Part shown: positions 13,307 to 27,139 of the stretch, piece after piece | Layout of the letters: every line of letters starts with the position of its first letter | Position numbering within the stretch: the first letter of the stretch is position 1 | From: Iphione sp. A-MEVVRFRX5 | Lineage: Eukaryota | Assembly (NCBI GenBank): GCA_976226885.1 | Contig: OZ320314.1 | Coordinates: forward strand, 120,466,001 to 120,530,000 | DNA: 64,000 bases | Direction of reading: 5' to 3' | Position numbers and translations under genes: made by a program | Notes under the pieces: generated by a model | Databases searched by the model: none | What the model was told of the DNA's origin: nothing | What the model saw: the letters and a program-made list of their open reading frames with translations, nothing else

Positions 13307-13602
13307 AAAGCTGTTTATATAGATACTACACGTGGCAACAGCAGGAATACAAGGTGGTGTATGTACTAGGGAGGGAAGAAGAATGCAAGCATGAAAGGTC
13401 CCACAGATATATTAGTTCCAAAAAGTACAACTCATTACACTTCTTTCCCCCTTCTGGATGAGTTAAAAGACGTGAAGGAAAGAAATTAAGAGACAAAACC
13501 ACATAAGTATACACTGTTTATATAGCCTATATATAGAAACTATACATGGAAATAGTGGGGATACATTATGGTGTTTGGACTAGAGAGGACTGTAGCGTGC
13601 TA
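13307..13602. repeat. Dispersed repeat of unknown class (second copy 45917-46165)
   Basis: Shares caaggtggtgtatgtactagggaggga...gaaaggtcccaca...aactcattacac; both copies end at tgtagcgtgcta. Confidence 0.75.
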
Positions 13603-14330
13603 TTCAAATTCAAATTCAATTCAAATTCAAAAAGAATTTATTTAGGGCATTGTTAATGATACAGAGAGGATACATAGTATGTCAAATAAAACATTTAAAC
13701 TTAAAGTTTACGACAGGAAATGGTTACTGAAAATGATAACAATTTAAGTACACAGTTCTGATAGTATATCAAAAAAGAATTTTAATGCATACATTTCTTT
13801 CCACATAAGAACCTGGCATACAAGCGAAAAAGAATATTATCCAATTCTATCCTATACATACTATCAAGATTATCATATTCTTTTATACCTTTACAACTAA
13901 TAGATCGTTTAATTTTCTCTGTTCTCGGTTTGTACATCATGGCTAATACAATCCCATCTGATGACCTGGTGGCAGTTTCCCTATTTATTGGTAATAGATC
14001 AGCATTTACAAGATTACTGATAATACATAAAGAAAAATAGGATCCTCTTTTATATGTGCTCATGATATTGTTGCTGGTGTGCAGATCATGTGGCTTCATA
14101 TGCATATTTCTATTAGCATGTGAAGATATAATCGCGAGGGCTCTGTTTTGTATTCTCTGTAATCTTTCTACGTCCTTACCTGTATAACATGCCAAGAATG
14201 GTGTGGAATAGTCACCTATAGGTAATATGAAACAATTAAATAGTCAATAAATTTCCAGTATTCAGATACCTTTTTACTTTGTTCATACCATATATCTCCA
14301 GGGACATGCTCTTACATATTCGTCGCAATT
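13603..14330 (-). mobile_element. 5'-truncated CR1/L2-type LINE 3' end with (TTTGAA)n tail
   Basis: ORF 13782-14195 (LQRIQNRAL...KRSISCKGIKEYDNL) resembles a CR1/L2 ORF2 C-terminus. A hexamer tail follows at 13603-13630. Confidence 0.7.
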
Positions 14331-14744
14331 CGGTCATTAAGACACAATTTATTGTCAAATAGTATACCCAGATATTTGAATTTGAATTTGAATTTCATTT
14401 GTATTGGTTAACAAATTCCACTTGGCAACCACTGATATTTACCTCTTTAAACTGTTATCAATGACTGTTCCATTCGGAATTTATGATCTTTGTCTTATTT
14501 ATATTTAAGATTTCCTTAAGTAAGTTCCAATACGCTTTGATGTTCTTTGTATTGTTAGCCAGTTTTTGCTTGATAAACATTTGCTTTTTGTTTGGATCAA
14601 TCTTCTGATCTGATTTTTCATACATTTGGCTAAATGTATCGTATCCTCATCCTTTCTCAATTAAGCTGTCTTAAGAAAATATTTTTTTAGCCTAATCCTT
14701 CTGATCAGATCAGAAGTAATCCATTCACATCCATGTCTGGATGG

Positions 14745-15068
14745 TGTAACAATAAGTTGTACACCACACCAGTAGGTTCAATTATCATCCTTTATTCTTC
14801 ACAGCTTCAAAGTACAGCATCAGTGTTAGTAGGGGTGAGTCCGATGACAGCATTAGAGCAACTCTCTTATATACTCCAAACAATGCATACAAACATAGCC
14901 TGATCAAGATGTAACCATTAACTTAAGTAAGTCGAATAAAAGTTGTAACATGTTTTACCATCCTGACATCACAGTGCCAAGAAACTAGGGTACCTTGAAA
15001 GATAGAGACGATAAAAGCTACCTTGTTTACATGCAACTCAATACCGAAAAAAAGCCAATGTCATTACA
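14745..15068 (-). mobile_element. Solo-LTR-like element related to 1815-2645
   Basis: TGTAAC...ATTACA ends and shared family motifs. Flanks do not give a clean TSD. Confidence 0.5.
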
Positions 15069-15479
15069 CTGTTCTACAAGAAAGGTTTCTGCTACAAGCT
15101 GATTCCAAGAACACAAGTATTTTAAATAAAACATTTTGTTTGAGCACTTAAAAGTACTTTGTACAAATCTTTACTTGACAACTTATAATTGTACACTATA
15201 CATTTCTCAGCACTTTAAAAGCATTATTCCTAACAATACATCTTGTATCACAATTAGTACTGCATTACAGATTGACCTTTCTAGCAGCCTTAGAATTCTT
15301 CAAACCATTGGAAAAGAACTGAACCAACTGGACAGCTGCTTGTCTTATTTCATCCTCCTCAAATGCATCATGAGGTATATCTAACAAGCATACAGAATAT
15401 ACATAGTTTCATCAGATTTCTGTTTACACTTCCTTAACAAACCCCTAGGATGGACAGGGTGAATTAATTCTCAAAATTG

Positions 15480-16990
15480 TGGGACAGTTGAGATTGAAAG
15501 CACTCCCGCTCAATAGGTGTCAGCAAGAAGGCTACATTGGGTTGTAATGGATGCCTCAATCATTCATCTTGCTCTTGGATCTACCGGATAATATTATCGG
15601 CTACAGGTCCTTCCATGGACAACTGGCACCATCACATTGGGTCTTCATCCCACACTCACATGTCAGAAGAAGCAAGCTAGATTTTAAGACAAACTCCCTT
15701 TTTGGTAGGATTGGAGGATTTGGTCTGTCTGCTCTTGTAGCTCAACATCAGTCGAAGCAGTTAAATACATTTTTCGATTGCTGTCCCTCAGCCTATCGGC
15801 CCTTGACATCAGGGCTTAATCCTGATGACAACAATCAAAAAACACATTTAACCGCTGTTCTAACAACAAGCATTAATAATCAATGTTAAATTTATCGGAA
15901 GAAAAATAAACATCTCTTAAAATATGAAACTACAGGTTAGCATGGATAAAACAGCTTTTCTTGGGTTTGTATAATCTAAACAACATTCTAAAGAAATGTG
16001 GCCAATTTAAACTTAAAATTGATGAAAAATATACAGCTAACACCTATATTTACAATTCTGCTATCATGGAATGTTTTTTGGTCCTCAGACTAATGCCCTC
16101 CTTTAGTCATCCTGTCATCGCCCCTTGTTCAGGATGTGTCGCAGGTCATTGGGTCTCTCAGCTCAACCATGCATTGAATGTCAGGCAAGCCCGTCATCCT
16201 ATCCACTTGTATAGGGGGTGTCCAGAGAGAGAAAGCAGCCTTAGAGCTAGCGATTGGTTCCATCAAGCACTGCCAGTTTGCTCTGCACCCCTCATGGTGA
16301 ACTGGCCCTCAGCCGCTCAGGGGACCCTTTAGCTCATGACCCTCTTGGCCGCAGGGTAGGTGCATGACTCTCTGGCCTCTTGTATTCCAACTGCAAGGGT
16401 CCCAATTCCTTGACCGTACACTTTATTGGTTCCAAGACAGGCAGATCATGTAAATGTACTAGCTCAAACCTTGTAGCAGCTCCCAATGATCTGTTGACCT
16501 CCGACACAAGGGTGGGCAGCATCCACTCCTTCACTCAGTGCCTTGAGTTCTGGAAGTCAGCTGTGATGATAAGTGACCTCCACAGTGGTTGGCCTAACAC
16601 ATAACATCTGTACTGGCATGCTCTCAAATGAGCGTGAAGTGGGCAGTAGAGACTCCGTCTATATGGAGTGTAACTGATGTGTTTATTGGTAGCTTCTGCA
16701 AATGCGATGTCCACATCAGGTCAGTGTGAAGAATTCCTTTGGATGATCCTGGTCACAGCAACAAAAGTTGAGATGGGTGTAAAAACAGTGTACACCACAT
16801 TGATAGGTTCGATAACAGCCTTTTCTTATTCACAGCATATAGCATAGCAGCAGAGTTTAGCAATGGCTAGTGCAACAAGAGCGTCAGAGTGTCACAGTTA
16901 GTACTGGGTTACAGCACTCACTCCACATCATAAGCAAGTAAGACTTGCTAGGAACAAATTAACCTGTGTGATAAATTATTACCAAAAACC
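15480..16990 (-). mobile_element. Heavily degraded LTR-retroelement relic (LTR-like part starts at 16778)
   Basis: The LTR-family motif gtgtacaccacattgataggttc is present. Broken minus-strand frames give gag-like bits (LSSGLSPDV, TPIQVDR). Confidence 0.3.
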
Positions 16991-18569
16991 TACCTCTAAT
17001 TGCTAAGTCACTAGTTATTACTGTTTCTTTATTTGACGTTTACTGGAGAACTTGTAATGGCTGGTTGCACAATACACTTGTGCCACTCTTGGCATTGGCA
17101 CCTCAGAAGGTGCTGCAGGCGCCAATTCATTTGTCCTAGCAGCTGTACTATGATGAATTATTTTCTCATACTTCAGTGGATGACATTAGAGCAAACTGTG
17201 TCATTATAAATACAAGCTGTACATCTAGGATATACCAATACACACTGGTCATTTTTCTCACCTAGCTTGATGTGTACATTGGATTACCAATTTTGGAGGT
17301 AAATTTAGATAGTTTAGGACAGAAAGAGATAACAACCAAGAGTATTGTCATATCAAAGGTAAGAATGAGATGTTCTATTCCTTTTGAAGAAGGGATAGTA
17401 TTGACCTTTTACCAAGTTTGACTACTTTTGGGAGGATGTATGATAAGGTAGACTAATTGTGACTGAGCTCTACCTCCACAAGGGTGTATACTTTTAAACC
17501 TTACTTAAGTTTACTTTACAACAGCACATCATAGTACATGGATCCAGAAGGTAATTAAGAATATGCAGAAGATTCTACCATGGATAGCTACCAGCTTGTA
17601 CATAATAGAAATGTGTTTATAGAACATTATATTTTGGTTAGGTTAGGAAAAAAACTTGAGAAAGTCCTACGAACATTTAATCATAACATTTAGCTTATGG
17701 TAGAATGAAGCATCTATAGTATTTGCAGTTGGGTTAGGTTAGAAAAAAACTTTCACATAATGCTGTATAAATGTTAAATCCTAACATTCAGGTAATGCTA
17801 GAATCAAACATTCCTAAAATGTTATGGCTTAATTAAATAAGTAAAAAAAGTCATGATATATTTTTAATTACTTGGTTTGATTGTCGATGGGTGTATGTTG
17901 CCCACAATTCTTCTTCTAGTAATGTGTCGCTAAGCTAAGTTGAGATGTTTCAAGGGGTCAGTAACTTAAAACCTTTCTAGGGGTCAATAACTCAACAATA
18001 AATAAACATCAACTCGTAATATTGAGGGCAAATTCGCTTGATTAGTTATGCACAACTTATAAGTCTTAGTAAAGACTTACATAAAAATGTGTTTTCAAAT
18101 GGATGAACATATTAAAACATATTATTTCAAATTGAACGCACTAACAACACACTGAAGTACATTTTTAGGCGGCTTTATTAACAATCCCAACGTTTCGGCG
18201 AACAGGTTGTGCCTTCTTCAGGTTGTGTCTTTTATATTAAAACATAATATAAAAACTCGGCATATTAGATCCTGGCCCCTTTTCAAGGCGTATGAATCTA
18301 TATTTTCCCTTACAAATAATTTAGAACATAAAGCAAGGTTCCACATACTATATTTTTGTTCTGCATCAGGACTGATATATTTACATACAAGTAAAATGGA
18401 GAATAAGAGATACTCTAACAGACCAAGAGAAAGACTCTATGGAGATACTCTAACAGACCAAGAGAAAGACTCTATGAGCACCATTTCCCCTTGAACCAAT
18501 CCCAGGTGATTATTTGAGCTAGTGGACCACACAGTGATACTTAACTGCCTTGTAAAAAGTCAAAGGTAA

Positions 18570-18782
18570 ATTAGTTACCTTCATTGCTGAGTACCTGCAG
18601 GGACGCAGAGCCAGGGTCACCTTCCAAGGCAAAACTTCCACCTCCTATGACCTACACAATGGAGTACCATAAGGAGGAGTCCTCAGCACCCTCCTATTCA
18701 ACAGCATAATAGACCAGCTACTTGCGTAATATATCCCAGGCATGAGCATGTTTTCCTATGCAGATGACCTTGCTATGCTATG
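18570..18782 (+). pseudogene. LINE reverse transcriptase fragment
   Basis: Translates to YLQGRRARVTFQG...NGVP*GGVLSTLLFN...YADDLA. Confidence 0.75.
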
Positions 18783-18829
18783 ACGTTGCTAATATACACA
18801 GACCAATTTGCTGCCTGGAACACAATGAT

Positions 18830-19330
18830 AAATGTGCTAAAAGAGGTCCTCACCAGATGGTAAGTAAGAGCTATGTTTAGGGATGCTGAGCCAGCCAAAA
18901 GGCAAGTGTAAGTGCAAACAAGTGCACTACTGTGATGCAGATACTGCCCCCTTCTCAACAAATCAGGGAGAATAGAAAATAAAGCAATGAAGAGAACATA
19001 TGAAACAAAAACTCCAATTTCCTGCACCAGCAGTAATGTCCTTTATGCCATAACCTGTAAAAATGTAACATGAGTTATGTAGGACAAACCAAAATGAAAC
19101 TAAAATATCAATTTAGGTACCACCTATGTGACATCAAAAAGAACCCTTATGACAGAACACCTTAAAGGGGATATATCAAACCTAGAGATATCTGTAGTAC
19201 ACGTGTCACAAAACATGAAAACGCGAAACTTACTATGAAACAAACTGGAATTGAAATGGATACATAGACTAAACAAAAACGGTATGAATGTATTAGATAG
19301 AGAATACAGCCAGAAGGGTTGACCTGGCCT
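18830..19330 (+). pseudogene. Penelope-like element GIY-YIG endonuclease fragment
   Basis: CRYCP...SCTSSNVLYAITCK / YVGQTK...WIHRL motifs, with a frameshift. Confidence 0.7.
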
Positions 19331-19364
19331 CATCAATTAAAAAGAACAGCAGGCAGGGACGTTT

Positions 19365-19620
19365 CCCCTTTTGCTCAGATGGTTAGGATTTGTCCTCTCA
19401 TGCTACAGGTCTGGGATTTGATTTCTGGTAGGTGCAAGCTCTCTAAAGAATAAAGCTGGTAGAGAACCCAAATGATCCCAATAATTGAAAAATGCCAAGA
19501 TGAGTGCATATATGTAAAGGCATGAGTGGTACATGCTAGTTTAATTGTGTTAGGGAGAGTGTAAATTAAACAAGTTCAATTCCTGGTAGGTGCTAGCTCT
19601 CAAAAGACCCGAAGTCTTAT
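19365..19620 (+). mobile_element. Degraded tRNA-derived SINE-like sequence
   Basis: A-box-like ttgctcagatggttag and B-box-like ggatttgatttc / agttcaattcc. Confidence 0.3.
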
Positions 19621-21455
19621 TCAACTAAAAATATGTACAAGGATTGATGCCTGGGTTCCTCAACACTGTTACTTTATTAAAACTTTTCTGGTTTTTGCTG
19701 GCTAGAGGTTGGCCTTAATGGCCTCATTAACACATACCTTAGTGAGCATTTTCGACTGTAATGTTATCATCAAAAGCAGCAAAAGTGATATACAAAACAA
19801 ACTGTATATGATTGATAATTTTAACATTTATAGAAGAATCACCCATTTTACCCAATGTGCTTGCTTTATTCTATGGCTACAAATAAGGGAATATAAAATT
19901 TGATTGCTGATGCAAAAGGCGACCCCATTTAGTTCCTGTCTCTCTAGCAGTGCGGTTATCTTATACAGACAGAATGATGAAATCACACTTTTGAGATGGG
20001 CAGGTTTGTCGGGTTCCAGGTGGTTTAGGTAAATTATGACAAGGTTACATGTTGTACATCAAGATTATGATGGTCGAAGCTTGACTAGACTTTCATATCA
20101 CTGGTAACCAATGCCTGCAACAATGGTAGGGAAAATTTTTTATGGCTAGTAAATATGTCTTTCAAGTATCTTCATTTTTGTCTTTTGTAGGTTTTACACA
20201 AGACCTGTACACCTATCAAAATTCACCACAACACTCATCTTTTGGGTAACATTGTCTCTCAGGTTTGTCTCATTCCAGTCTGTCACAGTTTGTCACATTT
20301 TTATGATGATCAAGAGTTTCTAAAAAAATTATTACATAAATCTTCACATTTTTTCGATTTTTTGGATAGGGCTGGCAATAAGCTCTTCTAAGCAGCCTTA
20401 GCAAACAAGTGAATGAAAAGAATTTTTCTATGAAAATATAGTCAGATGAATACAGGAGGTGCAACTTGTTTGATATATGAAAACTACTTGGGATACTCTT
20501 TGACTGTTGGTAATTTATCCAAAAGTCTCATTTTTTACAAATTTTATTTCTGAGCAAACATTATGCCTCAGAAGATTTCAACTTAACACTTAAAACAGCA
20601 GTTGATAAAACATAATAGTATGAAAAAGAATATATAAATTAACTTATGTTTTTCCTAGTGGTGGTTAATCAGATCATTTGCTGGTCATTGTGCTCATTTG
20701 ACCTATCCTTTCCATGGTAATTGTGACATAAACATAAAGGAACTACAGATCCTTACATTATATGCAGTATACTACATTACATTGCAATCATTTGCATGGT
20801 TAAATGATATAATTTATAGTTTGAAGAATACTGTCTGAATCTTGAGAAGATCAACCTTTGTTACATTAAACAATGGCTATGTCAACTATTTTCACTACCA
20901 TGACCTTTCTTTGATTATTCATTACAGTTTCATTATAAATACACCTGATAGACTAGAATTAGCTTTAATCTGATAACAATTTAGGTTTTCAATAAATGCA
21001 TCAAAAATGAGAAAGTAAAATATCAATCCTCAGCTCATGGGGTTTTCTCCTTAGGCCTGGAGAAAAGGATCTGTGTTTTCAGTAACCACACTGACCCTAC
21101 ATTGTAGCCAAGTATAACTTTTATTTTTGATAGTTTTTTCATGTGTCTTCTGCAGGAATAATGCTAGAGACATATACATAAATCTTTTGCTCTTTATACT
21201 TAATTAAAATCTAAGAACTGATGTTACCATATACATTTGTTTTTTTGAGTATTAATTAACAATGATAAAAGAAAAAACAGAAACTTACAGGCCTTATCAT
21301 TTTTGACCATATTACAGGAAACACAGATACTTTTTTATGCCTTAGCTGAGATGATTAGATTGACAGTCTACTCTCAAAACAGTAGATAAATAGACTGCAT
21401 TATATTCTAATGATTTTACTTAATTTCACTGAATACATTTTGTTTTCCAGATGAA

Positions 21456-22616
21456 ATGGCGATGACAATCAGGAAGAGGATATTTCTTGGATTCTTGGCA
21501 ACCTTTGGCTTGGTGATAATGTATTTATTGACAACTGTTGCAGTGCAAGCTTTACAGAGAGCTGTGCCTGACTTTCAATTGGCATTCTGCAGGTTTATTG
21601 GAACACTGATTGTCAGTTTAGCATTTCTAGCTGCGAAAAGGACACCTATGTACATTCCTAAAGAAAAGAGCCATTACATCATACTGATTTCTGTGTTTCT
21701 AATCATTTATAATGTTTCCTACTATGGGTCTGTCACCTTCTTACCAGTGTCACATGCAAGCTGCTTCCTTTTAATCTTTAGGCTGTTTGGTATAACACTG
21801 ATGATGAAATATTTAAATGAGAAAGACTTGGACCTGTTTCTGTTAATTTCTATCATAGGTTGTAGTCTTGGCTTAATAATGTTGGTTCAGCCTTGGCTTT
21901 CATTTAGTGAGGGCTTTAATCTCAAACCTGAGCACAAATTTGAAAATGAAGAAATTGTAAGGGAAAGAGGGAACACAAATGTCAGTGAATCTAGTGTATT
22001 CATGCCTGTCAATTACTTTATTAATGACAGGATATTATACAACTGCTCAACAAGCATCTTAAAAGGCATCAACACATCCACTCTATGTTTCAAAAAGAAT
22101 ACTACAAACACAAGTATTGTGGTAACCAAAGCAAATGTAGAATATAATTCTCTATTTACAATAATATTAGGGTATTGCTTAGCTGCTGTAGGAGGACTGG
22201 CTGATGCTACAGTGGCCTATTTGATTGGTGTAACTTTGTGCAGTTTCTCCCCTGCATTTGTATGCCTTGTGTCAAGCTTTTTCTGTTCACCAGCATCACT
22301 GCTAATATCTTTTTATACAGAAGAAGTGGTGTTTATAACTGATATAAGAAATATTACACTTTGTACAGTGCATGCTTTTGCTGCTGGATTGGGAATAGTA
22401 CTTGAAGCCATAGCTGTTCAACTGATCTCACCCACACATGTCAGCATAGGTATCTGCCTTGTGCCTGTTGGACTGCTCCTGTTACAATATACAGTTTTAT
22501 CCTCTTATTTTTTTGGCAGGGGAAATACACTAGAAATATTTGGTTGCTTTGTAATTTTACTCTCTATAATATTAAGCATTTTGCTGAAAAAAAGCCAGGA
22601 AGAAACAGATCTTTAA
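21456..22616 (+). CDS. EamA/DMT-superfamily transporter, SLC35G-like (host gene, single coding exon)
   Basis: Intact 386-aa ORF with ~10 hydrophobic segments in two halves (VPDFQLAFCRFIG, FLPVSHAS, ISPTHVSI). Preceded by a splice acceptor ttttgttttccag ending at 21450. Confidence 0.8.
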   Translation: MAMTIRKRIFLGFLATFGLVIMYLLTTVAVQALQRAVPDFQLAFCRFIGTLIVSLAFLAAKRTPMYIPKEKSHYIILISVFLIIYNVSYYGSVTFLPVSHASCFLLIFRLFGITLMMKYLNEKDLDLFLLISIIGCSLGLIMLVQPWLSFSEGFNLKPEHKFENEEIVRERGNTNVSESSVFMPVNYFINDRILYNCSTSILKGINTSTLCFKKNTTNTSIVVTKANVEYNSLFTIILGYCLAAVGGLADATVAYLIGVTLCSFSPAFVCLVSSFFCSPASLLISFYTEEVVFITDIRNITLCTVHAFAAGLGIVLEAIAVQLISPTHVSIGICLVPVGLLLLQYTVLSSYFFGRGNTLEIFGCFVILLSIILSILLKKSQEETDL

Positions 22617-22811
22617 AGATATTTGCCAGAAGCAGTTTGATAATGTCCCTATACACATGACTGAAATACTTTAACACTAATAAGAGCAAAAAACACCTCA
22701 TCATATTCTATCTGATGTTGTGTAAAGAAAGTTCATCTGATACACATAAGACATATTTAGGTGGTGAATATAGTAAAGGCTGCCAATTTACATTTTTAAT
22801 TATTACATAGG

Positions 22812-23271
22812 ATATTCAAAAACTGAATGATCTCTGTTTCTGCTGAAATTGTTCGGATTTCTGAAAATTCTGATTTCGAATAATGACCTAAGGCCTCTGT
22901 CATTTCGGTCTGTCAATACTTTACATACCTAGAAAATGAATATATAGAAATATAAGAAAAATTGATATTCTAAAATCAGCAAAAGTCAGCCAAATTCATC
23001 GAAAATTGGCAAAAGTCAGCCAAACTTGTCCAAAAATTGGCAAAAGTCAGCTAAATTTCTCTGAAAATTGGCAAAAGTCAGCTAATGCCAGCCGACTTCA
23101 TTCGGTTTTTGAATATAATTCCAATGTACTTTTATCAACTAACAGCATTCAGATTCAGAAATGGAATATTTCAGTTAGCTGCATCACTAAATACAGGAAA
23201 ACAGTTTATCCCTAGAAAAATTATTCAGAATTCAGAAAATTCAGTTTTCGAGTGTGCGGATTTGGAATATC
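22812..23271. repeat. MITE-like imperfect inverted repeat enclosing ~30-bp tandem repeats
   Basis: About four copies of aaaattggcaaaagtcagc at 22975-23085. The gatattc...gaataat arms are roughly inverted. Confidence 0.4.
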
Positions 23272-25355
23272 TTCTTTATATATATGTTTAACTTAGTTTG
23301 CATATACACATATGTCACAAAGATACTAATAATATAATCCTTCCATTTTACTCTTAGCAATTAAAGTAATCATTTGCCTAAACTTCAGCATTGAAGATTT
23401 ACATTTTATTTTCCCTAAGCATTATTATATAAAATTCACTGGTGTCTTGCTTTGCCCTAGCAGTTAAACATATCATAGAGGGGAACTTCATCTTCAGTGC
23501 ACATCACTGTCTAAGGAATATATTTAGGAATAAATTAAGCCACTACATCCATTGATAATAACAGGTTAAGTGTCTTACAAGAGAGGATAAGCTTTTGGCT
23601 TATATACACGTGACAAAAACCAATTGGATGGCTATGACCAGTAGGTAATTTATTCAATCTTATGTTTGACACAAGGCATTCATGCTTAAATTCTGGACAT
23701 CATATCAAGCATTACTGAGTTAATGTGAAAATAGTACTTTAAGCATTGATAGCAATACTAAAAACTTTATTGCTACAAGGATTGCCCATTGTTACTCTAA
23801 AGATGCATGGACCATCATAATGTCCGCAGGTGGTATGCAGATCAAAGTTATTTTATTATCATTATCATCAAATCACATTAAAACGAAAGATCTTATTGAT
23901 TTTTTATTTAGCCTCTAAATGTCTGTGGTCACTGCTTGATGTAATAGCTTGTAAATGTATCAGTATGACCAGTGTGCACATAAGGGACATTGACACCATA
24001 TGAGGTTGTTAGTAGGAATGGAATCGTATTGATATTGGTCACATCTCTGTGTATTTATTTAACTTGGCGACATGCCATCACATCTACGGGATAATTGATA
24101 AAGAATACTAAGGGTTGATGTCAAGGATTAAAGGAAGAACCTTTAGGGTTGAGTTTGTATTATATATTTGTGTGGTTGAGATTGGTTATACTAACAGTGC
24201 TACTAGAAAATGTGAATTTTATTGGGATATCTGGTTGCAAATACGTTATATTGTGTATGAACTTACCAGAAGAAATAATAATAATAATAATAATTATTAT
24301 TATAGAAATAACTGCTCATGAATGTTGATATATATATAAGGAGGGAACAGAACTACTGTCTTCAGAATCATCTACCTGGTGCCACTGAATCTGTATGACT
24401 TCTGAATAAACCAAGGCTTAACAAGACCCTGACTGATGCAGTGTATTCATTGAATAGCGTTACATGTCAAAGGATACTTTGGGCTGAGAACAGAATAATA
24501 ATCTGGCATTCTTAATATGTAAGCAGACTATATTCTGGATGGTCATTGTGTTGACACTGAACAGTGATTCAGGGTGTATTTAATGATAATTCTGTTACCA
24601 TATCCCAGATAAACCAACCATTATAAATCCTTGACAGGTACTGTTGCATAGAGACAATGCCTGCTGACAATCTATTCTACCATTTAGAGAAAAGCTCCAG
24701 ATGTGTCTTTACAGCTGACTATTCTGCAATTCAGAGCAGCTACACTTACTTAATACCTTTAGTTGTTCCCTGATGGTGTTCCTTTGATATGTGTACTGAT
24801 CTCTACTGTTGTATTAAACTATTCTTATTTGAAGTATTGTAAGGCATGTTTTTATTGTACAATCAACCTTTTGCATACAACCAAAACATACGATGCATGT
24901 GTTCAAGGTAAATTCTGAAAAAATAAATCAAAGATAATATAACTTTGAAGAAATTGGGGGAAGGCATGAAGGAGAGTGAAATAAGAGGCATTTTCAATAC
25001 AGGACCTTTAAGTAATCAAGAGAAGGTACAATGAGAAGAGACCAGATTACTGAATGGTTTACAGATTAGATTGTACAGTGATCAATTTGGTTCGGCTGAA
25101 GTCAGGAGCTAGTTGGATGGATGAGGTGACCACTGAGGAAGATCGAGTCCCTCTATTTGTAAATGTTTTTACATCAGTGATGCTATTATAACTGGGAGAG
25201 TATGAAACCCACATGTTTGTTTATTAATATGGAAGTTGTGTGGTTGATGTGATCTGAGAAACAGCATTGATAAAGTACAACCAACCATCAACCATACAAC
25301 AAGAACACAATATATTTTATTGTAAATATACAGTGAACTCACTCATCATAGATAG

Positions 25356-25632
25356 TGTTACATGTACTCCGCTGAAGCATTGACAAATAAATAAGGTCCA
25401 CAATTAAATCTGGTTCTAATGTTTATTCCATGAAGGTTAACAAGCAACTGACAACTGACACAACAACTTAGCTCTATTAATACCCCTCAGCCCCCATTCT
25501 GTACTGGCCCAATACTATGGTAATACCGGGGAATGCCTCCCCACCGTGTGCCAATACCATGGCAATATAATAATACTCCTTCAACACCGGACATCCAGCC
25601 CACCTGTAAACATCCTTGGATAGCACATTACA
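25356..25632 (-). mobile_element. Possible solo LTR
   Basis: TGTTACA...ATTACA ends, minus-strand AATAAA, and near-TSD atag/atat. Confidence 0.35.
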
Positions 25633-26589
25633 ATATCACAATATTACAATAAAAACGTTCAACAGTACAGGGAAGGGTAATTCCTTGGATTTTGGGAAAT
25701 GAAAGGATACCAAAAAAGACCAGAAACACTCTGTGGATTGAGATCTAAGAGCAAACCTGAAGCTGGCCAAGGAAAAACACTTTAATGCAAAACAATTTGA
25801 ATGACAGTGATTTGGCACAGATGGTAGAGCAGATTAGCATGTGGGGACAGAGATATCTACAATAATTAAGGGAAAGCTGAATGCATTAATTGTTAGGATC
25901 AGGCATTGTCTAAGACATAAAAGTTGCCATGAGGAATGAATATGTATGTACTGAAGAAGTCAGTTTTTCAGGCATCATCTGAAATGAGACTTGATGACAT
26001 TTGCCCAACCTAGTAGTGATTCACCCTGCTACTACCCGACCGAGAATACTGTGAAAGTGTCAAAATTCATGATCCAAAAAAACCTATAGTGTAGAGGGTA
26101 TATAGGAAGACTAAGGGGGGGGGGCTAGCTTGGGCAACAACTGACACAACCTGACACAACTTGGTAGCCATATGAAGCAGGTAGCCTCACCACGCCCTGA
26201 AAACATTGACCACCTTGGGCTACTATAACTGATGACTAGGGGACACAGTGTGCAGTAGTGGGCCGCCCAATGGTGCCACCTAGGGGGAAAATAGGTCACT
26301 AGGTGAAGGCCTTTAGGAGGCCAGTCAGTCTGTCTTCAGCCCTCTCAGGTGCAAGGTGGCCCCAGGCACCAATAGCAATCACAGGATTGTATGTATTTCC
26401 TTGTGGCAACTTTGTGATTTTTTCTTTGGTATTTCTTCTGCATTCTGATTGCCAATCATTGTAATAAAGGGGGGTAACTACCTCTGGCCTCCAGTTGTGT
26501 CCAAATGCCATTACTGTGTCATTGTCTGTGTTATAGTATAAAAACTATTGAAATCACAGGGTGCAGAGAGGTTAATGAGTACAGAGGTG

Positions 26590-27139
26590 TCGGTCCTGAA
26601 CATTATAATGGAAAAGTGACTGGGAAGGCTGGCTAGCACAATTTGAGGAGTGGGCAAGTGCATACAACTGGCTGGATATGACTACCTTGGTGGTCCTACG
26701 CCTTTCACTGACAATACACACTCGGGCCCTCTACAGAGACCTTTCCAAGGCAGAACACACCGCATACAAAGGTAAAGTGTCTGCTTTAAATGAACGTTTC
26801 AGAAGGGGAGAAGACCTTGCTACCACTAGATGGAAGTCTTGGATCAGGTCAGGTGGGTGGTGAAGAATGTGTATGGTGATGTGGACAAAGAAATCAGGGA
26901 AGTGGCCAGTCTCAACCTTCCAGTAGGCTTTGTCTGATGAGCTACAACTGAAATGTTTAGAAAAGGGCTGTAAGACTTTAGAAGGAGCTATCCATATTGT
27001 GGAACTGCAAGAAAGGTTCCGGAGAAGGAAGATTTGTGCCATCCAGGCAGATGCACCAAGGGCAGTGGCACAAGATTCTGTCAGGAAACAAGTAGAGGAG
27101 GCACTCGTGCAAGAAATAGAAAAGCTACACAAAGAATAG
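26590..27139 (+). pseudogene. Gypsy gag relic (separate element)
   Basis: WLAQFEEWASAYNW...LYRDL...ALNERF and LQLKCLEKGCKTLEGAIHIVE are typical Gypsy gag patterns. Confidence 0.6.

Noticed and set aside
18407-18476. 35-bp tandem duplication as a regulatory element
   Set aside because: Only two copies within degraded TE debris; consistent with slippage.
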